A DNA stretch of 64,000 nt from positions 5,726 through 69,725 of the forward strand of contig JBGSLQ010000034.1 in the NCBI GenBank assembly GCA_041740635.1, given 5' to 3'. This document shows, piece after piece, positions 39,893-49,664 of this stretch. The DNA is from Desulfomonilaceae bacterium (GTDB lineage: Bacteria; Desulfobacterota; Desulfomonilia; Desulfomonilales; Desulfomonilaceae). The first letter of the stretch is position 1, and the number at the start of each line of letters is the position of its first letter. Below the pieces are notes generated by a model that searched no databases, was not told where the DNA came from, and was given only the letters and a program-made list of their open reading frames with translations. A program made the position numbers and the translations under genes.

Positions 39893-41455
39893 TTACAGTT
39901 GCTTCTTTTCCAAAACCGTAGCAGCGCAGGAATCGACCGCGAATTCTTTTTGGGAAAGTGATTTCCTCAATTGCCGCAGTATCCATTCTCTTGTCTGCGG
40001 TCCGAAAATCAGTGCAAAGCCGATGCAGGCGCTGGTTGCGATTCCGATATAGAGCACCGTAAGAACTGTCGACATCTGACCGGGAACGAGATAGCGGAAA
40101 AACGAACCCAGTACAAGCGTTCCAAGAAGTGGACGGCCAAAGTCATCGATGTACCATTTACGTTGTTCACCAATGAGAACTCGACGATGAGTAAACCATA
40201 CGGCTGACATCAGGTATGTTCCCCACACTATTATCCAGGCTATTGCAGCGCCACTTGGGCCGAGCAGATTCGTCAACACAATCACGAGGGGCACAAAAAA
40301 CATCAATGCGACTGTATTCATTCCGGTCATCAGTCTTGTCCATCCATACGTCAGTTGCAGATTTTTCGGCAGCGCATTCAACCCCTGAAAAGCCATGCCG
40401 ATAATGAGTAATTGCAGAATCGGGCCGGTATTCCGGGCAATGAGCGGATCTCTCGTCCAGGCAAACAAAATTTCATGGGAAAACAGCGAGATAATGACCG
40501 TGACCGGTATGATTACCGAACCGGCGATCTGGCAGCAGCCATGATACAGGTCAGCCAAACCGGACCTCTCACCGATTTGAACATACCGGGCAAGCTGTGG
40601 AAAAGATGCGTCTCGAATGGGATCCGCCACTAATCCTATTGCACTGATTGCTAATGTCCAAGCCAGTGAATAATAGCCAAACAGGTCCAGTGGTAGAAGC
40701 TTGCTCAAAACGATTTTGTCGGCCTGGAGCAGTATTAAGAGGAGTGCCGTACCTGTGCTGAACCCCACTCCGAAGCGCCAATTGAGCATCATCACCGCCC
40801 TGCTGAATTTGGCCTTCGCGTGACTTTTCGGCATGACACGATGCAGAAAGAATGCCGCAGTGAAGGTCTGGATCAGAGCAGCCGGAATTTGCCATAATGC
40901 ATATGCTTCAACTGAAGGAGAAATAAAATAAAGTACTACTATAGAGCCAACAAAGCGTACGGTAGTAGTGGTTGCTCCAATGACATTTGCAAGAGCTTGA
41001 CGCTGCAGCCCCATCAACCCCGCAATGTACATGGTATAGGGAAGACTCAATCCCAAAGCGAGACCCATAGCTATGATGGATGTCACCACGGTTGAAGTGC
41101 TAAGCTCTTGAAGTTTGAGCCAATGTGATGCCAGAAGAGGTGCAAGTAAGACAAATACGACTGCAATAATAACCGCCAGCGCCCAGCAAATCACTTCCAA
41201 GGTTCGGAGAACCTTTTTCGACTGATGACCGGTGTTGTTGAGACCCGACAATCGTGCAAGCTCACGATTCAGGATGGTAGCAATGCCATCATGAAGAAGG
41301 CTGCCGCCGAGTTGCAGTGTCGTGATAAATCCTATGAGCCCATAAGATTCAATCCCCATGAATCGGACGTAGAAGGGGATGACTATAAGACTTACCGCAG
41401 ATACCCAGCCCCGTCCCGCATAGTTTGCGAGAATGTTGGTAGTTAAAAGAGACAT
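39893..41455 (-). CDS. wzx: Wzx-type oligosaccharide flippase
   Basis: ~12-14 TMs; NILANYAGRGW, ADKIVLSKLLPLDLFGYYSLA, FPQLAR. Confidence 0.9.
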   Translation of the reverse strand: MSLLTTNILANYAGRGWVSAVSLIVIPFYVRFMGIESYGLIGFITTLQLGGSLLHDGIATILNRELARLSGLNNTGHQSKKVLRTLEVICWALAVIIAVVFVLLAPLLASHWLKLQELSTSTVVTSIIAMGLALGLSLPYTMYIAGLMGLQRQALANVIGATTTTVRFVGSIVVLYFISPSVEAYALWQIPAALIQTFTAAFFLHRVMPKSHAKAKFSRAVMMLNWRFGVGFSTGTALLLILLQADKIVLSKLLPLDLFGYYSLAWTLAISAIGLVADPIRDASFPQLARYVQIGERSGLADLYHGCCQIAGSVIIPVTVIISLFSHEILFAWTRDPLIARNTGPILQLLIIGMAFQGLNALPKNLQLTYGWTRLMTGMNTVALMFFVPLVIVLTNLLGPSGAAIAWIIVWGTYLMSAVWFTHRRVLIGEQRKWYIDDFGRPLLGTLVLGSFFRYLVPGQMSTVLTVLYIGIATSACIGFALIFGPQTREWILRQLRKSLSQKEFAVDSCAATVLEKKQL

Positions 41456-41599
41456 TCGAATTCTATTTCCAATTTGTAATATAGTACGTAATTTGTTTGT
41501 GTGGGAAACAATTTATACCAGTTTTCACGCATAATTTTTGCAACAATTACTTTCAGTCAAAATCAATTCGACAAGGTCACGAGAAATAATTTGTCAGCA

Positions 41600-42721
41600 C
41601 TATGGCTGTTGACCTCTTGAGATTTGCACTTCCTGCCTGACGTTCGTCAGAATGGCATTGAACTGAGTTGATTTCTCAAAAGGATTGTAATTGTTTCCCG
41701 AATCACCGTAGACCCATACATATTCGTAATTTCTCATAAGAGTTTTGAAAATCGGCTCGAAATCGGTTGCGTTCCGCAAAACGGAAGAACCGCATTCACC
41801 TCGGATTGTCCAGCCCTTTTTTGAAGAGAGAGATTCCCACGGTCCTACAGTTCCTCCCAATTTCAGAATGTTGGGATATTTTTCCAAATAGGTCGCAAAC
41901 TTAAGTGCGCGGGAGTTGATTTTGGATTCCAAATCGGCATGATCACGGACGCAGTATCCTATATCTACTCCTCCGCCTGCAACGACTTTGAATGTATAAT
42001 TCTTTTCCTTTGCCCGGTCGAGGATCCCAAACACGATTTCTGTTGTACTCCATGGTTTTTCCTGGTGCAAAGGAGCATAAAGAAACCATATTATTGCGTT
42101 CGGATGGTTCTCGTGAATCATATCAGCCATTTTAGAACCAATATTTCGCAAAGCCAAAACAATTTCGGCCTCGGTCTTGCCCTGCCTGGATGTTATCTGA
42201 CTTATTTTATGATTGTCATGATTATTGTACAGTTCTGCGTCGATTACTATTCCCGGAGAATTCATCTTTCTGGAAGCAACCAGGGAGTGGTGCAAAATTT
42301 CGTAAAAATCCTGAAGTGCACCTGTTTGATTGTAAAGGTCCAGTCCCCTGATGCCCCGAAACCATGGTTTGTTCCTGGGGGAAGCCTTTGGGTCTTCCGC
42401 TATTCTGTTGAAAAAAATCCAGGGCCAAATCTGTTTCTTGATTCCTGTTTGCGCCAGCCACATAAAATTTGTACGATCCCAACTGTAATATGCATCAATA
42501 GGAAATACCGCTATACCGTCATAAGCCGATTCATTGAATACAACGGCCATTTTGGTTCTGACATGGTCAAGATTGTTTTTAGTAATTGGATTACCGAAAA
42601 AGGTCAGCATCATCAAATAGGGTGTGGGAACATGGTTCTCTTCCACTGATGCACAGGTTCCGTATCCGAAAAATGTGAATGTTAAGATTATTATGATGAG
42701 AACGGTGGCGGGTTTTATCAT
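41600..42721 (-). CDS. Hypothetical exported protein, possibly glycoside-hydrolase-like TIM barrel
   Basis: Signal/TM N-terminus; alternating beta/alpha pattern (YDGIAVF, IWPWIFFN, GIVIDAELYN). Confidence 0.6.
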   Translation of the reverse strand: MIKPATVLIIIILTFTFFGYGTCASVEENHVPTPYLMMLTFFGNPITKNNLDHVRTKMAVVFNESAYDGIAVFPIDAYYSWDRTNFMWLAQTGIKKQIWPWIFFNRIAEDPKASPRNKPWFRGIRGLDLYNQTGALQDFYEILHHSLVASRKMNSPGIVIDAELYNNHDNHKISQITSRQGKTEAEIVLALRNIGSKMADMIHENHPNAIIWFLYAPLHQEKPWSTTEIVFGILDRAKEKNYTFKVVAGGGVDIGYCVRDHADLESKINSRALKFATYLEKYPNILKLGGTVGPWESLSSKKGWTIRGECGSSVLRNATDFEPIFKTLMRNYEYVWVYGDSGNNYNPFEKSTQFNAILTNVRQEVQISRGQQP

Positions 42722-42748
42722 CCTCTCGGCTCCTTACATAACCGTAAT

Positions 42749-43672
42749 TTAAACTCTGTTGAACAAATCATCTGCCAGCGAAGCCACGAGTGTCCTTGCG
42801 TCTTCAAAGTCTTTCGTTTCCTGTTCATTCGCTTGCCGGGGATGCGATGGAATTCGCAATTTTCTCCGCAAGAATGTCCTCGCTAACAGGCCATAGGACT
42901 GAAGCATCATGAGACGTGCGGTTAAAGGGAATTGCGTTTCATACTCTTTCAGCGTTTGCCGGCATGATTTGAGGCTCTCCTTTGCCGCGATCATTGACGA
43001 ATTCGCTGTTAACTCCTCTTCAATTCTGTATGAATAGAGAGGCTTTGCCATGAGATAGAAGGGTTGGCCCCAGAGTAGTTTTATAAGGAAATCAAAATCT
43101 TCCGATCTTCTCAGATGTTCATTAAATCCTATCTTCTTCGCTTCCGACGACTGCATCAAGGAAGAGGGAAAAGGCACGTATACCCAATGAGGTCTCGATT
43201 CCCCCATTACGGTTTTATCCGAGAAATCTTCGGTTGAACCGCCTATACCGGAAAGAGAGTTGTCCACTTTCACCAGAACAAGAGGAGAACTGCACAAGAT
43301 TAATTGACATTCACTCTCCATGATTTGGATTTGAGTCTGCAATTTTGAAGGGTACAGCCAATCATCACCATCCAAAATTGTCATATACGGACCCCGAATT
43401 TTCGTCAGGGCAAAATTGCGGGCGGCCCCTCTACCCACGTTTTGTGGCAACCGAAAAAATCTGATTCTTTCGTCTTTGATTTCCCGGACAAGAACGTCAG
43501 GGCTGTCAGTCGAGCCGTCATCTACGATGATAGCTTCCCATTCCTCGTACGTTTGGGCCAACACAGAAGCTAAGGCCCAATTCAACGTGGTAACAGAATT
43601 GTAAATACATATTATAATGGACACCAGTGGTGGCAAAGTAATTAACCTTTTAATAAGATAAGTCCAATTCAA
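42749..43672 (-). CDS. Glycosyltransferase family 2
   Basis: IVDDGSTD, NVGRGAARN, ILDGDD, RSEDFDF; start codon uncertain. Confidence 0.9.
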   Translation of the reverse strand: MNWTYLIKRLITLPPLVSIIICIYNSVTTLNWALASVLAQTYEEWEAIIVDDGSTDSPDVLVREIKDERIRFFRLPQNVGRGAARNFALTKIRGPYMTILDGDDWLYPSKLQTQIQIMESECQLILCSSPLVLVKVDNSLSGIGGSTEDFSDKTVMGESRPHWVYVPFPSSLMQSSEAKKIGFNEHLRRSEDFDFLIKLLWGQPFYLMAKPLYSYRIEEELTANSSMIAAKESLKSCRQTLKEYETQFPLTARLMMLQSYGLLARTFLRRKLRIPSHPRQANEQETKDFEDARTLVASLADDLFNRV

Positions 43673-44553
43673 TTATGCAGCGCTACTGTGTCTCACCTCA
43701 CATAAAGGAGATTCAACGATCATTCTGCTTTTTTCCATTAAAGCGCAGGCTTCGCCCCTTACGAGTCATTGTAACTGGCTACTATTCCATCGCTTTTTGC
43801 TTTTATGCACGAATTAAGATAAAATGGGCAGTATCAAGGCTCGGCTGAGCGCAGTGCACAGCTCAATTTCCCCCGAACATCGTCGAAATATTTTGCGTTT
43901 GAAAGTTATGTCATTTCTGCCCAAATCCATTAATTATGTTTACCACGGGAAACTTCTGATCTTCGCGTGACCTCAGGTAACTAATTTTATGCCCTTTTTG
44001 CCAAATCTTCCAGGTCGTTGCTCCTTCTCGACCAGTAATCAGATGAGCAATATAATTCTACTTTAGTAGTATCGAAAAAATCTATCTCGTCAACCAGCAA
44101 AAAGTAAGTAGACTATTCGGTATCTCAACTACCCATTTCATACTGGGTCACGTCCCCATAATACTTCAAGGGTTAAGAAGGGATACCGAAAAAGCATGAA
44201 TGCCATTGATGGACCGCTCCTCGGCTCTTTGGCCGGTTTTTGTTATGAGAAGCCAACTATCCGTAACCGCGATGCTTCGTATTCCGCCGGACGCACTGGA
44301 TGATTCCACTGTTTTGGAAATGGGTGCTCGTAAGCGTTACGTGCACTCCTTGGGCTACTCGCAAAAAGTGTCCTGCGTGGAATTCCGGAGAACCGGCCTT
44401 CTTATTCAATCATCAATTATGGTTTTTTTATTCGGATTCGATTATTTTGGATCGAATTTTCAAATATGGGCTCTAACAGGTTAGTAATTGATTGTCTGCT
44501 AACTTCGGAATTGTGACAAAGAGGAGAATTGTAGGGGGAACGAAAAGGGGGCA

Positions 44554-46068
44554 ATGGGTAATACAATAGAAATTAACGTTAGAGATATGGTTAATGATAT
44601 TCGAGCCAAAATGGATTGTTGTCAACTCATGGAAAAACACAGTCTGTCCTTATTTGGCTTGATGAAAGCCTTGAACGGAATTCTCCGGACGAAGGCTATG
44701 GAATCGGAGGAACTCAGCAGATTTCTGCCTCTGGATGCACAGATAATCGAAATACGGGAACAAAGAAAAAATCCCAGACATGTGATTCGGGGAACAGTTC
44801 TGGTTCACGATGTGAGCAACCCGGTTCGTGCAGGTCTCATGCAAAACATTACGGAAGAAGGTTTCCAGATAAAGGGAATTCCGGCTTGCACCGGAGAAAC
44901 CATGAGACTGGTCGTCAAGGCAAAAGATTTCTTGCCGATCGGCACATTCACGCTTGAGGCGGAGTGCCGCTGGTTTACTCCTGATTCGCACCCAGGTGAG
45001 ACGACTTCAGGGTATCGCATAAAGATACTATCCGACCGGGCTAGAACGGAGCTGCGAAAGTTGGTTTTCGCGGAGTCGCTCGAGGAAAACAAAGCATCTC
45101 TGGCCGCTCTTGCGTGCGAAAACCGTCAGCATTTTATAGAGGCATCTTTTGGTTTGGAGGGCAACATCGAACATGGGACCGGACTGAACAACGAAATCAT
45201 CGATTGTGAGAGCCTTGAAACGGGAATGGGAGTCGATTTATTAAGTTCTGCAATGAACGCGTTCGCCATTCCGTGTTTACTCATAGACGAATGCTATCGA
45301 ATAATTTCCGTTAATGAATTTTGTAGCCAAATCGGTCCAGACAAGGACCATCTTGAAGGTCAATTGATAATGTCATTATTTCCTGATTCTTTCGATCGAG
45401 TGAAATCATGTATAGACCGGAGTTTATTGGATAAAAATGCTATCACTATCTCTACCTGGATGGAGATTTTGCAGAAACGATATTTTGTGAAAGCAATTTT
45501 CAGACCGATTCGATGTGGTATGGAGAATTTAACGACAGTAACAGTCCAGGATTTTACTCATTCTCGGACAGTGATGCGTTCGAAAGAATCAACCACCGAT
45601 GAATTATTCAGCGCTTACAGAGAGCTTCTTTCACAATTGGCAAATAATGAAGTCATGTTGCATAAAAGAAGCAAAGCTATGCAGCTCATTATGGAATCTC
45701 TTGGTACCAGATTAAAAGAGGAAAGGCAGCAATTAATTCTCGAGTTGATTTCACATTTGAAGCCGATGGTCTCTCGCATAAGATCCGAAACACTGTCCAC
45801 CCGGGGAGAAGCGCTTGTCGTCACATTAGAAATGTTTCTTGAGCAGCTCCTCTCCAATTCCGATAACCGAGCTGTTCAACTGTACAGTAGCCTGACACCG
45901 AGAGAATCGGAAATTTGTAATCTGATATTAGCTGGAAAAAGCTCGAAAGAGATTACAGATGTCCTCGGTCTCAGCCTGGAAACGGTTTCAACGCATCGAA
46001 GAAACATAAGAAAGAAACTTGGCTTACTCTCGGGACAAAGCATATTTAACGCTCTAAGAGCCCGCTAA
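44554..46068 (+). CDS. PilZ + PAS-like + LuxR-HTH regulator
   Basis: REQRKNPRH (RxxxR) and NITEEG PilZ-like motifs; C-terminal LTPRESEICNLILAGKSSKEI...HRRNIRKKLGL. Confidence 0.8.
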   Translation: MGNTIEINVRDMVNDIRAKMDCCQLMEKHSLSLFGLMKALNGILRTKAMESEELSRFLPLDAQIIEIREQRKNPRHVIRGTVLVHDVSNPVRAGLMQNITEEGFQIKGIPACTGETMRLVVKAKDFLPIGTFTLEAECRWFTPDSHPGETTSGYRIKILSDRARTELRKLVFAESLEENKASLAALACENRQHFIEASFGLEGNIEHGTGLNNEIIDCESLETGMGVDLLSSAMNAFAIPCLLIDECYRIISVNEFCSQIGPDKDHLEGQLIMSLFPDSFDRVKSCIDRSLLDKNAITISTWMEILQKRYFVKAIFRPIRCGMENLTTVTVQDFTHSRTVMRSKESTTDELFSAYRELLSQLANNEVMLHKRSKAMQLIMESLGTRLKEERQQLILELISHLKPMVSRIRSETLSTRGEALVVTLEMFLEQLLSNSDNRAVQLYSSLTPRESEICNLILAGKSSKEITDVLGLSLETVSTHRRNIRKKLGLLSGQSIFNALRAR

Positions 46069-46382
46069 TAAATAGGAGTTGCATCTATCCGACGCAACAT
46101 CCAGGCACAGTTCCCCTCCGCGGCATGTGATAAACATTGACCTGAAAATTCAGCTCCGATATTATTATTGTTAGGGACATCCCTCTCATGTTCCGGTGGC
46201 GGACGAAACAGATGTCATTCGATATACCTCCCCGTAAGAATGTTTTGCCGTGTTCAGGGATACACCCCCTGTCACTCAAAGTCGTTCAGACGCAAGTGTG
46301 GCAGATGTCGCAATAAGTTATGGAAATTTCCTTTTCTTTGAGGATTTCCTTCGGCTTACCTTTTGCCGCAGGGGGAAGAGGC

Positions 46383-49331
46383 ATGATACAACTATTCACA
46401 GCGACTCGGCGACAGGTAGATTCGCTGATAGACGGATTCATGGCTAAACTTCTCCCGACAGGTGACGAGAATCCGCAGAAACGCTTTTTTGTTTATTTTG
46501 TGAGCATTCTGTCATGTGCACTATTTATTCTCTTCCTTTTCAACATCATATCAATCAGACCCGGTCGGAGCCTGGCTGCGGCCCTGGCTGGAGCAGGGCA
46601 AGTAATTAGCCTTCTGATTCTTCGACGTTCCAAAGATCCAAAGATTGCCTTTCGTGTCAGCGCTCTGGTGATGCTTTGCTATTCTCTGTTCCTTACAGGG
46701 GTCGCCGGCCCTCAGGGAATGAGAATTCTATGGATACTCATTTTTCCGGTCTACGTCTTTCTCTTGTTTGGTGGTCGGGAAGGCTTTTTCTGGACAACGG
46801 CTGGTTTCATCGGTTTTCTGAGCGTGATCCTGAATCCGCAGGACGTTTACGCTGCCTTTTCCGGGGATAATAGAGGATTCTTGATCACCTATATCGTCCT
46901 CGGCATACTGGTGAGCGCATTCGAAAAAATTGTCTACCGAGCTCAAGCAGAGAAGATTAGGGACAAAACCGATCAATTAGAAGAGGCGGTCGATAGGCTA
47001 TTCACGCTAATGGAGGAGCGAAAACGTGCTGAGGAGGCTCTGCTCCAGAGCGAGGAACGATTTCGCACGTTTTCGGAAGCTTCCTTTGAGGGCATTACAC
47101 TAATCGATGTCGGCCTATTTGTAGATGTAAACGATCAATTTGCTCGGATGCTCGGATATGAACGTTCCGAACTCATCGGACAGCCCGTCATAACTTGTGT
47201 TGCTCCGGAATATAGAAATATTGTGCAAACAGCGATTCGAACAGGGAACAAGGGTCCATATGAGCATTTGGCTCTCCGCAAGGATGGAACAGTGTTCCCG
47301 GTTGAAGTTCAAGCGGGAATGAGTTACCTGGGTGGTCGCGTCATGCGTACTTCGGCGGTTCGCGACATATCTGAGCGAAAACATGCTGAAACCAGGATTA
47401 GAGAAGCGAACGAATACGCTGAAGCAATCCTCGATAGTCTTCCGGGGACCTTCTATGTATTTGACGAACAGCTCAGATTGATTCGGTGGAACAAGAACTT
47501 TGAAACGGTTTCCGGTTTCACCTCTGAGGAACTTGCCGGGAAAAATCCACTCGAGTTCATAGATGAAGAAGATAGGGATGCAGTAGCGGCAAAACTTGAA
47601 GCATCCGTTGTCAGCGGAAGCGAATCCGTCGAAGCAAATTCGCTCACGAAGTCAGGTGAGACCGTTCCGTACCTCTTCACTATTGTCTGGCGTACGCTCG
47701 GTGACCGGAGATATCTGTTGGGCACGGGAGTCGACATCAGCGATCGTAAGAGATCGGAAGAGCTCCTGTTCAAAAGTGAGAATCTCTTTAGAACCGTGTT
47801 CGAGATAGCTCCTGACGCAGTAGCGATAAGCAAGTTGGAGACCGGAATCTATGTGGATGTGAACCAGAGCTTTTCAGATCTCACGGGCTACACCAAAGAT
47901 GAACTGATAGGCAAGTCTGCGATCGATCTGAACATCTGGAAGGATGTTCACGGTCGAGAGAAGATGATAGAGATTCTTGCCGAAAAAGGATTTGTACGGA
48001 ATGTGGACGCTTCCTTCAATTTGAAAGACGGCAGAATGAGACAAGGTCTTTTATCAGCCCGCTCTATAATGCTGGATGGAGAAGCACACCTCCTTTCTAT
48101 AGTAAAAGACATTACAGACCTGAAGGAGGCCGAGGCAGAGCGAATGCGGCTGGAAAGACAGGTGCAGCATGCTCAAAAGCTTGAGAGCCTCGGTGTTTTG
48201 GCTGGAGGCATTGCCCACGATTTCAATAACATTCTAACGAGTATTTTGGGAAATGCCGATTTAGGCCTGATGCGAATTTCTCCCATGGCGCCCGCGCGAG
48301 ACAATCTTGAGGAAATACGAAAAGGAGCGCTTCGTGCAGCCGGTTTGGCTAATCAGATGCTGGCTTACTCGGGCAAAGGGAAATTTGAATTGAAGTCCGT
48401 CGATTTGTCCGGCCTGGTCCGGGAACTGGCCCAATTGCTTGACGTGTCAATTTCAAAGAAGGCTATTTTGACGTATGACTTATCAGAAAATCTGCCCCTC
48501 ATCGAAGGTGATGTGAATCAAATCCAGCAGATAGTCATGAATCTTATCACGAATGCGTCGGAAGCCTTAGGCCAAGAGAGTGGAGTAATCAGGTTGTCAA
48601 CCGCTTCCGTCTCTTGCGATCGTACATACCTTGAAGCCATGCGTGAAGGGCTGCACTCTAATTACCATGAACCACTCCCTGAAGGCTCTTACGTCGCCCT
48701 GGAAATCAGTGACACGGGGTGCGGAATGGATCCCGAGACTCAGAGCAAGGTGTTCGAACCTTTCTTTACTACGAAATTTTCCGGTCGCGGTCTCGGCATG
48801 GCCGCGGTGCTCGGAATTGTGCGGGGGCATAGAGGACTCGTCAGAATCTACAGCGAGATCGGCAAGGGCTCCACATTCAAGATCCTCTTTCCGGCCGGTC
48901 GCGAGTTGAAGACGAATGAGATGCTCACTATCGAAAACGAGAATTCTCAGCAGTTGATGTACGAAGGTGTAGTCCTCGTAGCTGATGATGAGTCAGTCGT
49001 CTGCGATATTGCCAAGGAAATGCTCCAAGAAATGGGTCTCACGGTGCTTACGGCTTCAGACGGAATTGAAGCCATGAAAATATTCCGGGAGCATCTGGAG
49101 GAGATCTCGTTCGTCCTGCTTGACCTCACGATGCCGGGCTTGGACGGGGCACAGGTTTTTCAGGAGATGAAACGGTTGAATGCCACAGTTAAAGTGATTT
49201 TATCAAGCGGATACAATGAACAAGACGTGACTCACCGATTCGTCGGCAAAGGACTGGCCGGTTTTATTCAGAAACCTTACACCATGGCGAAGCTAAGAGA
49301 AAAGCTGAATCAGGTTTTGCGAACAGGGTGA
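46383..49331 (+). CDS. Membrane-bound hybrid sensor histidine kinase (5-6 TM, 3 PAS, HisKA/HATPase, receiver)
   Basis: LAGGIAHDFNNIL H-box, NLITNA, DTGCGM, FFTTKFSGRGLG, ADDE...LLDLTMP receiver; ATG 46383. Confidence 0.95.
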   Translation: MIQLFTATRRQVDSLIDGFMAKLLPTGDENPQKRFFVYFVSILSCALFILFLFNIISIRPGRSLAAALAGAGQVISLLILRRSKDPKIAFRVSALVMLCYSLFLTGVAGPQGMRILWILIFPVYVFLLFGGREGFFWTTAGFIGFLSVILNPQDVYAAFSGDNRGFLITYIVLGILVSAFEKIVYRAQAEKIRDKTDQLEEAVDRLFTLMEERKRAEEALLQSEERFRTFSEASFEGITLIDVGLFVDVNDQFARMLGYERSELIGQPVITCVAPEYRNIVQTAIRTGNKGPYEHLALRKDGTVFPVEVQAGMSYLGGRVMRTSAVRDISERKHAETRIREANEYAEAILDSLPGTFYVFDEQLRLIRWNKNFETVSGFTSEELAGKNPLEFIDEEDRDAVAAKLEASVVSGSESVEANSLTKSGETVPYLFTIVWRTLGDRRYLLGTGVDISDRKRSEELLFKSENLFRTVFEIAPDAVAISKLETGIYVDVNQSFSDLTGYTKDELIGKSAIDLNIWKDVHGREKMIEILAEKGFVRNVDASFNLKDGRMRQGLLSARSIMLDGEAHLLSIVKDITDLKEAEAERMRLERQVQHAQKLESLGVLAGGIAHDFNNILTSILGNADLGLMRISPMAPARDNLEEIRKGALRAAGLANQMLAYSGKGKFELKSVDLSGLVRELAQLLDVSISKKAILTYDLSENLPLIEGDVNQIQQIVMNLITNASEALGQESGVIRLSTASVSCDRTYLEAMREGLHSNYHEPLPEGSYVALEISDTGCGMDPETQSKVFEPFFTTKFSGRGLGMAAVLGIVRGHRGLVRIYSEIGKGSTFKILFPAGRELKTNEMLTIENENSQQLMYEGVVLVADDESVVCDIAKEMLQEMGLTVLTASDGIEAMKIFREHLEEISFVLLDLTMPGLDGAQVFQEMKRLNATVKVILSSGYNEQDVTHRFVGKGLAGFIQKPYTMAKLREKLNQVLRTG

Positions 49332-49400
49332 TCCAGTAACAATGCATGCATTCGGGTGCGAACAGATGAATCCCTGCTTTCATTTCAAACAAAGCACTAG

Positions 49401-49430
49401 TTGACATTCCCTGCGGAGTTGATCTATTTT
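49401..49430 (+). promoter_or_regulatory. Sigma-70-type promoter for tRNA-Thr
   Basis: TTGACA-18 nt-TATTTT just upstream of the tRNA 5' end. Confidence 0.5.
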
Positions 49431-49442
49431 GAAGTTTCTGTC

Positions 49443-49518
49443 GCCGGGGTAGCTCAGAGGCCAGAGCAGATGATTCGTAATCATCAGGTCGTGGGTTCGA
49501 CTCCCATCCCCGGCTCCA
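49443..49518 (+). tRNA. tRNA-Thr (CGT)
   Basis: Cloverleaf: GCCGGGG/CCCCGGC acceptor, GATGA-TTCGTAA-TCATC anticodon arm, GTGGG-TTCGACT-CCCAT T-arm, encoded TCCA. Confidence 0.96.
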
Positions 49519-49664
49519 GACATCTTCAGTTACTTTTCACATTGCGCACGCCCTAAACCTCTGAACTGGTTTCTTGAGATGACCGGATTAGCAGGGCGAT
49601 CTTACATTATCGGTTCAGAGGACAAGTCTCGTTGCACAGCTTCTGGTTCAAACAGTTGGCAGAA

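Larger units (their letters stand above)
28969..49471. mobile_element. Putative genomic-island-derived block (EPS cluster and regulators) between inverted tRNA-Thr cores; no integrase seen
   Basis: Bracketing 47-bp tRNA repeats; visibly AT-richer EPS genes; boundaries and mobility uncertain. Confidence 0.45.

Noticed and set aside
41939-42649. 236-aa plus-strand ORF, and similar long antisense ORFs over glgB, uvrB, recN, the ankyrins and 63140-63772
   Set aside because: Antisense shadows of genuine coding sequences.
43860-43925. ACGCAAA motif on the minus strand upstream of the EPS operon, a possible c-di-GMP riboswitch
   Set aside because: Lacks GGCAAAC and the paired stems.
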